From sequence record SRR22947727_5974: a stretch of DNA of 32,525 nucleotides; one strand, written 5' to 3'. Shown here piece after piece: positions 8,675-16,632 of the stretch; position 1 is the first letter of the stretch; every line of letters starts with the position of its first letter. Below the pieces are notes generated by a model. That model ran no database searches. It was given only the letters and a program-made list of their open reading frames with translations, and was not told where the DNA came from. The position numbers and the translations under genes were made by a program.

Positions 8675-8702
8675 CTGCCGGCGGATGAATATCGGCCGGC
8701 AG
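8675..8702. other. GC-rich stem-loop between the ACAD and PQQ dehydrogenase genes (mRNA stabiliser or weak terminator)
   Basis: ctgccggc (8675-8682) and gccggcag (8695-8702) form perfect 8-bp arms with an extra gat/atc inner pairing. No U-tract on the minus strand. Confidence 0.45.
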
Positions 8703-8711
8703 CTTGAATCG

Positions 8712-10004
8712 CTATGTCGTTAAAAAATGTCCATACTTCTCGAGAGCTGCTTTTCGCAGTGTCGGCGTGTGGTAGCTGGGGAACAACGCATCATGCGGTT
8801 CATAGTGTCTCAGCACGGCTTTGGCCACGGCAATTTTATGCACCTCGGTGGGGCCATCGACCACTCCCAGCTCGGGAATGTTGGCCCACATGTGGGCCAG
8901 TGGTGTCTCGTCGGAACTGCCTAAGCTGCCGTGTAAATGCATCGCTCTCGAGACGATCTCTAGTAGCACTTTGGGTGTTGCCGCTTTAATGGCAGCGATC
9001 TCTTTACGCACTTCGCGGTTGTACTCCTTGTGCTTGTCGATCAGCCACGCGGTGTAGAGCACATGAAGGCGATACTGCATCATCATGGTGTACGCGTCGG
9101 CGATTTTTTCCTGTGTCATTTGCTTGTCTGCCAGCAATTCACCCTTGGTACGACGGCTGACTGCTCGCTCGCACATCATATCGAGTGCCTTACGAATCAC
9201 ACCCACGGTCCGCATGGCATGGTGGACTCGTCCGCCACCGAGTCGTGTTTGAGCCACATGGAAGCCTTGCCCTTCATCCCCGAGTAAGTTGTCGGCGGGA
9301 ACGCGACAGTTCTTAAAAGAAATATAGGCGTGAACGCCGTCACCTTGCTCCACATAAGGACCGACTGCAGAGTTGCGGATGATGTCCATCCCAGGTGTGC
9401 CTTGCTCGACTAAAAAGATCGATGCGCCCTGGTGGATCGGCGCTTCGGTATCGGTCACCACCATCACGAGGAGAAACGCGGAAAAGCGGGCATGGGAGGC
9501 AAACCATTTTTCGCCATTAATCACCCATTCGTTTCCGTCACGCGTGGCGGTGCATAAAAACTCGCCCGGGTCCGCACCGGCTTGCGGCTCTGTCATGGAG
9601 TAGCAGGAGGCGATTTCCGCATTGAGCAGGGGCTGTAGGTATCGGGTTTTTTGCTCTGGCGTGCCGAATTTGGCGAGGATCTCTGCATTGCCAGAATCGG
9701 GCGCCTGACACCCAAAGACACTGGGTCCGAAACGACTTCGGCCTAAAATCTCATTCATAAGGCCCAAGTTGACTTGTCCGTATCCTTGGCCGCCGAGCTC
9801 GGGTTCGAGGTGGCAGGCCCACAGGCGCTTTTCTTTGACAATCTCTCTCAGTGGCTCCATTGCTTTAAAAGCGGGCGATTTCGGATCCCAGGGATCGCCG
9901 GGCTCGCGAAAGACTAAATCAAGGGGCTCAATTTCTTCACGCGTGAACGTGTCTACCCAATCTAATGACGCTTGAAATTCGGGATCTGTTTCAAAAGACC
10001 ACAC
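8712..10004 (-). CDS. Acyl-CoA dehydrogenase family protein, ACAD10/11 / LvaC-like subfamily
   Basis: GCQAPDSGNAEIL, SMTEPQAGAD, WVINGEKWF, RLGGGRVHHAMR, VDGPTEVHK. GTG start at 10004 chosen because AAGGAGGT (minus strand 10019-10012) lies 7 nt upstream. Confidence 0.9.
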   Translation of the reverse strand: MWSFETDPEFQASLDWVDTFTREEIEPLDLVFREPGDPWDPKSPAFKAMEPLREIVKEKRLWACHLEPELGGQGYGQVNLGLMNEILGRSRFGPSVFGCQAPDSGNAEILAKFGTPEQKTRYLQPLLNAEIASCYSMTEPQAGADPGEFLCTATRDGNEWVINGEKWFASHARFSAFLLVMVVTDTEAPIHQGASIFLVEQGTPGMDIIRNSAVGPYVEQGDGVHAYISFKNCRVPADNLLGDEGQGFHVAQTRLGGGRVHHAMRTVGVIRKALDMMCERAVSRRTKGELLADKQMTQEKIADAYTMMMQYRLHVLYTAWLIDKHKEYNREVRKEIAAIKAATPKVLLEIVSRAMHLHGSLGSSDETPLAHMWANIPELGVVDGPTEVHKIAVAKAVLRHYEPHDALFPSYHTPTLRKAALEKYGHFLTT

Positions 10005-10079
10005 AGCCTTTACCTCCTTGGAGTTGAGATGTAATTGACAGGTAATAGGGCCAAGCACGCCACTTTTTTGAGTGAGCGT

Positions 10080-10121
10080 CGGCACTAGGGTTGCCAAATT
10101 GAGCCGCTAGTTTAAACTTGC
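10080..10121. promoter_or_regulatory. Divergent control region: sigma54-like GG-N10-GC element and adjacent palindromic operator candidate
   Basis: cGGCAC-TAGGG-TTGC at 10080-10094. GCTAGTTTAAACTTGC at 10106-10121 is a 16-bp palindrome with one mismatched pair. Confidence 0.4.
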
Positions 10122-10200
10122 TAGACGCAAACAAGCAACGCGACTGATAAAAAATTAGCAGTTTGTGGCGTCTTTGGATGCCCTATGGGGGAATTGTAGT

Positions 10201-10929
10201 ATGTCTGGCGGTAAAGTGTGGGTGGTGACCGGGGCGTCACGGGGGATCGGTGCGGCGATCGCGCGGGTGGCGTCGGAGAGCGGAGACCGTGTTGCCTTAA
10301 TGGCACGGGGTGAGTCGGTTCTCACGTTAGCGGGTGAGCTTGGCCCTGACACGATAGGGGTGCAATGTGATGTGGCAAATCCAGAGGCCGTTGTTGCCGC
10401 AATGGATGCCGTCATCGCACGATTTGGCCGGGTCGATACTTTGGTCAATAACGCCGGGGTGCATCGAGGCGGTAAAGTAAAGCGCTTAGCTGACGAGGCC
10501 TGGCACGAGGTATTGCAAGTTAACTTGACGGGCGCTATGACCATGACGAGAGCGGCATTAGCTCACATGGAGGCGGGTAGCGCGATTATTAATGTGGGTG
10601 CCGTTGTGGGTTTCCGCGGTTTTCCCGGTGATGCCGCCTATGCGTCCTCTAAGGCGGGTCTGGCAGGACTGACAAAGGCTTTGGCAATTGAGCTAGCCCC
10701 CAAGGATATTACAGCCAACCTGGTGATACCCGGACTGGTGTTGACGGAAATGACGTCAGGGCTCACTGAAGCGTCGCTTGAAGCGATGAACAAACAAATT
10801 CCCATGCGACGTTTTGCAGAAGAGCGCGAGATCGCCGAGGTGGTTTATTGGGTCAGCCAAAGTCGATATATGACGGGCGCCTGTGTCCCGGTAGATGGGG
10901 GTCTTCTCTCCAGCTTTGGAGTCACGTGA
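10201..10929 (+). CDS. FabG-like SDR ketoreductase (LvaD-like position)
   Basis: VVTGASRGIG, basic MAR after beta2 (NADP preference), VNNAG, YASSK. ATG at 10201 preferred over 10165. Confidence 0.88.
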   Translation: MSGGKVWVVTGASRGIGAAIARVASESGDRVALMARGESVLTLAGELGPDTIGVQCDVANPEAVVAAMDAVIARFGRVDTLVNNAGVHRGGKVKRLADEAWHEVLQVNLTGAMTMTRAALAHMEAGSAIINVGAVVGFRGFPGDAAYASSKAGLAGLTKALAIELAPKDITANLVIPGLVLTEMTSGLTEASLEAMNKQIPMRRFAEEREIAEVVYWVSQSRYMTGACVPVDGGLLSSFGVT

Positions 10930-11954
10930 TGACGTCAGTACCCGCAGAGCAGCTGGCTTCGTGGTTGGATGCTCACTTAGGTTGGGAGAATACTCGGTTT
11001 TGCGCCGCCCTCAGCGGGGGTAATTCTAATTTGACTTGGCAGTTTCAGTCGGGCGATCGAGCCTGCGTGGTGCGGACGCCGCCGGCTAATGACATCTCCC
11101 CCACGTCGGCAAGAGGTATCCAGCGTGAGGCGCAAATGCTGCAAGCAATCGCCGGGTTCGACGTGAGAGCGCCCGCCGTATTGGCTTGGTGCGACGACGC
11201 CTCAGTGATTGGTCGATCTTTTTTAGTGCAGGAATTTATCGATGGCAGAGCGCTGACCGATACCCTACCCGATCGTTATCCGGACACCATCGAGACAGTG
11301 AATCGGTTGGGCATTGATCTGATAGATCAACTGGCGGTGCTACATAAAGTCCCCACTGATTTACCCGCCTTAGCGAAGCTAGGTCGTCCAGAACGCTTTC
11401 TGGAGCGACAAATTGAGCGTTGGTTATCCGTGCGGAGGGAGCATTGTGTGCGCGATCTGCCAGCGCTGTTTGCCCTCGGCGAGTGGTTAGGTGCACATGT
11501 GCCCGAGGCGGGAGCGCCTGCGGTGATTCATGGGGACTATCATCTCGACAACACGCTGGCATCACCTGATGAGCCAGCCATTTTAGCGATCATAGACTGG
11601 GAGTTGGCGACAGTTGGCGACCCCTATATGGATGTGGCGTTAATGCTGATGTTTTGGGGTGAATATCGGACCCAGCAGCCGCCTGCTTTTACGGCATTGC
11701 AGTCTGTCTCGCGTCGTTCCGGTGTGATCAGTCGTCGGGAATTAGCCGGGCGCTGGGCTGAAGCGGTGGGCCGGCCGTTGCACCATATGAACTTTTACAT
11801 GGCTTTGGCCTTTTGGCGTCTCGCCGCCATTATTGAAGGCGCTTATGGGCTCTATTTGGCGGGCCAGTTAGACACCGATTACGCACGTGGGCTGGAGTAC
11901 GATGTGCCCGCCTTGCTTGCCGAGGCTGAGCGGGCTGCCGGAGGCGATTGGTGA
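10929..11954 (+). CDS. APH-family phosphotransferase, ACAD10/11 N-terminal kinase / LvaA-like
   Basis: LSGGNSNLT, VVRTPP, REA..L, HGDYHLDN, IDWELATVGDP, WRLAAIIEG. ATG overlaps the SDR stop (TGATG). Confidence 0.9.
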   Translation: MTSVPAEQLASWLDAHLGWENTRFCAALSGGNSNLTWQFQSGDRACVVRTPPANDISPTSARGIQREAQMLQAIAGFDVRAPAVLAWCDDASVIGRSFLVQEFIDGRALTDTLPDRYPDTIETVNRLGIDLIDQLAVLHKVPTDLPALAKLGRPERFLERQIERWLSVRREHCVRDLPALFALGEWLGAHVPEAGAPAVIHGDYHLDNTLASPDEPAILAIIDWELATVGDPYMDVALMLMFWGEYRTQQPPAFTALQSVSRRSGVISRRELAGRWAEAVGRPLHHMNFYMALAFWRLAAIIEGAYGLYLAGQLDTDYARGLEYDVPALLAEAERAAGGDW

Positions 11955-11959
11955 CCGCG

Positions 11960-13582
11960 ATGTTGAGTACGATGATGAATACGCCGCTCGGCGTGACGAC
12001 ATTGCATCGTTTTGGCGCGCGTCATTTTGTCAGTAGCCGCGTCGGAGATTACGACGGCGAGCGAATCCACTGGCGCCGCTACGACGAGATCGACGCCGAT
12101 AGCGCCCGCCTCGCCAATGGCTTGCGAGGGTTAGGGCTCTCAGAGGGTGATCGAGTCGGCACCTTCATGTGGAATAGCTCACGGCATCTTGAGGCCTACC
12201 TGGCGGTACCCTCAATGGGGGCGGTGCTGCATACCGTAAACTGCCGATTGTCTCCAGAGCACATGGCTTACATTATCAACCATGCAGGGGACCGATTCCT
12301 GATCGTGGACAGTCGTCTGGCATCCGTCTTGTTGCCAGTGCTACCCCTGATATCCAAGGTCGAGTACCTCATTGTCACCGGTGATGCCGCGAGTTTGGAT
12401 GATCCCCGGGTGGTCGCTTATGACGCGCTCGTTGCCGATAGTCCGGCTGACTATCCTTGGCCAGAACCGACAGAAAATGCGGCCGCCGGTATTTGCTACA
12501 CGAGCGGCACCACGGGTAATCCAAAAGGCGTTGCCTACAGTCAGCGCACCACCTACCTGCATGCACTGGCTTCTCGCGCCGTTGACAGTTTTGCAGTGCA
12601 AGAGCGCGATGTCATTTTAATGTTGCCCTCGATGTTCCATGCGAATGCCTGGGGTTTTCCTTACAGTGGATGGATGTCCGGCGCAGATATGGTCATGCCA
12701 GGCCCCTTTCTTCAAGGGCAACACCTGCGAACAATGATCGAGCAGACTCGGCCAACCCTGACGGCAATGGTGCCCACACTGCTGGGAGATTTGTTGCGCG
12801 CAGACGAACAAAAGCCTCTCGATCTAGCGTGTTTTCGCGCAATCGTATCCGGTGGATCGGCGGTGCCGTCCTCGATGATCGAGGCGGTGCGAGACCGCTG
12901 GGGCGTCCCAGTGGTTCAAGGTTGGGGGATGACTGAAACGAGTCCTCTGTGTGTCTTGTCTCACCCCCCTAAAGATTTAGAGGGCGAGTCTGAAACCTTT
13001 TGGCGGCTAAAAAGTGGTCGACCGGTGCCCGGCATTGAGGTGCGTGTCGTCGATGATGAAGGTCACTGTTTGGCGCAGGATGGCCTCGCAGTAGGTGAGT
13101 TACAGCTCCGCGGAGCGTGGGTTACCGGAGAGTATCTCGACACGGATAGTGATGCCTTTGCGCCCGATGGCTGGTTGCGCACGGGCGATGTGGGAATGAT
13201 TGATGCGAGAGGGTATGTACAGTTGACCGATCGCACTAAGGATGTCATTAAGTCAGGCGGGGAATGGATTTCCTCAGTCGACTTAGAAGATGTTTTACTG
13301 AAACATACTGCGGTCATTGAAGTGGCCGTGATTGCGATGCCCGATGAGCGGTGGCAAGAGCGGCCACTGGCGGTCATTGTCAGTCAGCATGAGGGCGAGG
13401 CGACTGATCTTCTGTCAGAGTTGCGTCAGTTTTTGGCGGAGAGAGTGGCGAAGTTTTGGATTCCTGAGTATTGGTGTCTGCGAGAGTCGATTCCCAAGAC
13501 CAGCGTAGGTAAGATTGACAAAAAAGGGTTACGAGAGGCGCTCGCGTCTGACGAGCTCGTGGTGCAGCGGCAGGATAGCTAG
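11960..13582 (+). CDS. Fatty-acid--CoA ligase (AlkK/DmdB-like AMP-binding family)
   Basis: MLSTMM..PL N-terminus, YTSGTTGNPKG, MFHANAWG, QGWGMTE, GWLRTGD, DRTKDVIKSGGEWISS, PKTSVGKIDK. Alternative GTG start at 11951. Confidence 0.92.
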   Translation: MLSTMMNTPLGVTTLHRFGARHFVSSRVGDYDGERIHWRRYDEIDADSARLANGLRGLGLSEGDRVGTFMWNSSRHLEAYLAVPSMGAVLHTVNCRLSPEHMAYIINHAGDRFLIVDSRLASVLLPVLPLISKVEYLIVTGDAASLDDPRVVAYDALVADSPADYPWPEPTENAAAGICYTSGTTGNPKGVAYSQRTTYLHALASRAVDSFAVQERDVILMLPSMFHANAWGFPYSGWMSGADMVMPGPFLQGQHLRTMIEQTRPTLTAMVPTLLGDLLRADEQKPLDLACFRAIVSGGSAVPSSMIEAVRDRWGVPVVQGWGMTETSPLCVLSHPPKDLEGESETFWRLKSGRPVPGIEVRVVDDEGHCLAQDGLAVGELQLRGAWVTGEYLDTDSDAFAPDGWLRTGDVGMIDARGYVQLTDRTKDVIKSGGEWISSVDLEDVLLKHTAVIEVAVIAMPDERWQERPLAVIVSQHEGEATDLLSELRQFLAERVAKFWIPEYWCLRESIPKTSVGKIDKKGLREALASDELVVQRQDS

Positions 13583-13593
13583 GGGACGGATAG

Positions 13594-14226
13594 GTGACTG
13601 AGGGGACAGTGAGGGAGGCGGCGTCGATCTCGACGCAGGCAGAGCGGAGCGCATTGTCCGATCAAAAAATGTTCGAGGTGGCCATTGAGTTAGTCAATGA
13701 GCGCGGCACTGCCAAAACCACGTTAAAAGATATTGGGGAGCAGGCGGGTTACAGCAGAGGCCTGGCGAGTTATCGATTTGGATCAAAGGACGGGTTGTGG
13801 ATGGAGCTGTTCGCTCGCTTCGATGACTTGTGGAAAGAGCATATATCGAGCCACCTCTCGGACAAGCGGGGACTTGCGGCGCTGACCGCGGCAATGGAGG
13901 CACAGCGCGATATTTTTTCGCGAGAGTCGGGTTACCTCAGGGCGATGTATATTTTGTGGTACGAGTCCCTGGGTAGAGAGTCGGATATTCGGGCGAGTCT
14001 TGCTCGACACCATGTGATTTATCGACGTGACGTTCAGCAGTGGGTCGAGGAGGGACAGGCCGCAGGCGATATTAAAGCGGATGTTGATGCGGCGCACTTC
14101 GCAACGGGGTATTGCTCGATGATGTTCGGGACTATTTATCAATGGGTGGTGGCGCCAGATGCCATCGATATCGATGCATTTTTTGCACGCTTCGCGGAAA
14201 CGACGGTGCGGACAATTACGGATTAG
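13594..14226 (+). CDS. TetR/AcrR family transcriptional regulator
   Basis: N-terminal HTH: AIELVNERG..KTTLKDIGEQAGYSRGLASYRFGSKDGL. 210 aa. Confidence 0.92.
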   Translation: MTEGTVREAASISTQAERSALSDQKMFEVAIELVNERGTAKTTLKDIGEQAGYSRGLASYRFGSKDGLWMELFARFDDLWKEHISSHLSDKRGLAALTAAMEAQRDIFSRESGYLRAMYILWYESLGRESDIRASLARHHVIYRRDVQQWVEEGQAAGDIKADVDAAHFATGYCSMMFGTIYQWVVAPDAIDIDAFFARFAETTVRTITD

Positions 14227-14241
14227 AAGGGGGGATGAGTG

Positions 14242-15045
14242 ATGGCTAGATTGGCAGTCGACGGGACAAAAAGCATTTACTTTGAAGATTTGGGTGGCGC
14301 TGGCCGGCCGCTCATCATGGTGCATGGTTGGGGTATGGATAACCGCTGTTGGGACGGCGTGATTTTGCCATTACTCGCGGCGGGACATCGCGTGATCACA
14401 ACAGATCATCGAGGCTGTGGCCGATCTGATCATGACTTTGCAGACTTAAGCATCGCGGCGAATGCCGCTGACGTCGTTCAGCTCGTTGATCATTTGGGAT
14501 TGAATGACGTGGTCGTCAATGGGTGGTCTTTAGGCGGCGCTGTAGCGACCCATGCGGCAAGCTTGCTGGGTGGCCGCTGTGCAGGGCTGATCCTTACTGC
14601 CGGCGCGAGTCCGATCTACACGCAAAAATCCGACCTGCCAATTGGCGGTATGCCGGCTGACGTGGAGGGTAATGTGGCCGCCATGAATGATGACCGCGTG
14701 AATTTTTTAACGATGCTAGCGACCGCCATTTGTGCCAAGCCACCCACTGATGCAGTACTGGCTTGGATGGCGGGGGCTTTTATTAATTCTAGCGCCCGCG
14801 TGTCGTCGACATTGGGCGAGCTCGCACATTTGGACCAACGTGACATGATGATGGCGCTGGAAACGCCTATTCTTTCTGTCATCTGTGGGCAGGATGGTTT
14901 TGTGTCCCCCGACATTTCGCGCTGGGTCGCAGAGAACCATCCGCGGGCAACGGGCGTAGAGTTCTCTGAAAGCGGGCATGCCCCTTTTATCGAAGCACGC
15001 GAGGGTTATTTAGCAGCCCTCAATGATTTCATTAGTCACCTCTGA
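14242..15045 (+). CDS. Alpha/beta serine hydrolase (arylesterase / non-heme haloperoxidase / lactonase-like)
   Basis: HGW oxyanion motif, DHRGCGRSD, GWSLGG nucleophile elbow, GQDGFV acid, SGHAPF His. Start at ATG 14242 or GTG 14239. Confidence 0.88.
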   Translation: MARLAVDGTKSIYFEDLGGAGRPLIMVHGWGMDNRCWDGVILPLLAAGHRVITTDHRGCGRSDHDFADLSIAANAADVVQLVDHLGLNDVVVNGWSLGGAVATHAASLLGGRCAGLILTAGASPIYTQKSDLPIGGMPADVEGNVAAMNDDRVNFLTMLATAICAKPPTDAVLAWMAGAFINSSARVSSTLGELAHLDQRDMMMALETPILSVICGQDGFVSPDISRWVAENHPRATGVEFSESGHAPFIEAREGYLAALNDFISHL

Positions 15046-15059
15046 AGGAGGATAGCCGA

Positions 15060-16061
15060 ATGGCGGGAAAGGTAGATTTTGGTCTGTGGTACGACTTTCG
15101 TAACCCCGAGCCATGGCAGATAGACTTTGAGCAGTTTTATGCTGAGCGTCTCGATCAGATCGAACGTGCGGAGACCATGGGCTTCGACTCAGTCTGGTTG
15201 ACGGAGCATCACTTTTGCGACGATGGTTATACGCCCTCTCCGCTGGTGATTCATGCAGCGATTGCAGCGCGGACGGAACGTATGCGCTTGGGCACGAACC
15301 TGATGCTCTTACCGATCGCCGACCCCGTGAGAATGGCAGAAGACGCCGCGACGCTATCACTGATTTCGGGTGGCCGATTTGATTTAGGCGTGGGTATTGG
15401 CTATCGCCAAATGGAGTTTGATCAGTTTGGCCGCAAAATTTCACACCGTCCCAGTTTGGTTGAAGAGGGCATTGAGATACTGCGGCGGGCTTGGTCAGGG
15501 GAGCCGATCAATTTTGAGGGCAAGCGCTTTACCGTCGGCGATTTCAAAATAACGCCTCAGCCCAAGACAGCCCCTAAACTGTTCCTCGGCGGGATGGCGC
15601 CACCGGCTATTGATCGTGCTGCAAGAATTGCTGACGGATTTTTGTGTACCGGTGGCATTGGTATGGATACCTACGTTGAGTGCTTGGCGGCCAATGGTAA
15701 GTCACCCGAAGAGGGCAACATTATCTTGGGCTGCTGGGCGATTATTGCGGAGGACCCCGAGGCTGAAGCGGCAATCGTGGGAGACCACGTGCTCTATCAG
15801 TCGAATGAGTATATTCGGTGGGGGGCATTTGGGCCGCCGGACCAAACCCCATTGTTCCCAGATAGTCGCACGGCCATTGAAAATGGTTTGTATGAGCTCT
15901 GGGATGCAGACATGGCAGTTGAGAAGCTCAGTGGAATGATCGAGCAATACCCGCAAATCTCGGACATCCACTTCTGGGCGCAGTTTCCGGGCGAAGGTAT
16001 CGAGACAGGCAATCGCCGTATGGCCTACATTGCCGAAAAGGTGCTGCCAAGATTGCGTTAA
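15060..16061 (+). CDS. LLM-class (luciferase-like) flavin- or deazaflavin-dependent oxidoreductase
   Basis: AETMGFDSVWLTEHHF..DGY.PSP, AIAARTERMRLGT, PVRMAEDAATL..ISGGRFDLGVGIGY, AIDRAARIADG. RBS aggagg. Confidence 0.92.
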   Translation: MAGKVDFGLWYDFRNPEPWQIDFEQFYAERLDQIERAETMGFDSVWLTEHHFCDDGYTPSPLVIHAAIAARTERMRLGTNLMLLPIADPVRMAEDAATLSLISGGRFDLGVGIGYRQMEFDQFGRKISHRPSLVEEGIEILRRAWSGEPINFEGKRFTVGDFKITPQPKTAPKLFLGGMAPPAIDRAARIADGFLCTGGIGMDTYVECLAANGKSPEEGNIILGCWAIIAEDPEAEAAIVGDHVLYQSNEYIRWGAFGPPDQTPLFPDSRTAIENGLYELWDADMAVEKLSGMIEQYPQISDIHFWAQFPGEGIETGNRRMAYIAEKVLPRLR

Positions 16062-16068
16062 TGGCGCA

Positions 16069-16497
16069 CTAGGGCGCTTTACGTCGACTGAGCTTGGCAA
16101 CTGAGTGAGCGGTGGCGACGATCGTGTTGTCTTCAGATCGAGCCTGAGCTTCAAGGAAGACGGTTCGATGGGTCGCTTTCTTGATCCATCCACTCACCCG
16201 CAGTGCCTGATTACCTCGGCAAATGCCGAGGTATTGCGTCGAGATGTCGAGTGAGGCAATACCGTTGACCGTTGGGTCTGTTCCAAAGACGGCGTGAGAC
16301 ATGGCCGCGTCGAGCATCGCGGTAATAAACCCGCCTTGGACAATATCGCCAGAGTGGCAGTAATCGAGTGGAACCGTGAAGACAAAAGTTGCTTTCTGTT
16401 CATTTAGTGCCAGCTCGATGAGCTCACCGCCTAGTAATCGGATGAAGCCCGGCGCGTTGTTGTTCAATTCTATGATTCGGTTTACTGCATCAGTCAT
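16069..16497 (-). CDS. PaaI-family hotdog thioesterase
   Basis: CHSGDIVQGGFITAMLDAAMSHA. 142 aa from ATG 16497; the longer ORF start overlaps the next gene and is unlikely. Confidence 0.85.
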   Translation of the reverse strand: MTDAVNRIIELNNNAPGFIRLLGGELIELALNEQKATFVFTVPLDYCHSGDIVQGGFITAMLDAAMSHAVFGTDPTVNGIASLDISTQYLGICRGNQALRVSGWIKKATHRTVFLEAQARSEDNTIVATAHSVAKLSRRKAP

Positions 16498-16632
16498 GGG
16501 GCGCTTTCCTACGGCATTGACGGCGCGCAGTGTAGCGACAAACGAGGTGAAAAACCCAGCACCACTCGCGGGCGTTGCTACCCTCCATCGAACACAGTGG
16601 GTAACTCGATGGCCCGCAGAGGGGCTTGAGAG

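Noticed and set aside
10005-10200. N-terminal extensions in the ORF track (starts at 10097 and 10165; likewise 10848, 16758, 20089, 25286)
   Set aside because: The extensions lack family similarity, and better RBS-supported or translationally coupled starts lie downstream.
14242-15045. Alpha/beta hydrolase as a LinB-like haloalkane dehalogenase completing a lin pathway
   Set aside because: The nucleophile elbow is GWSLGG (Ser), not the HDWG (Asp) of haloalkane dehalogenases.
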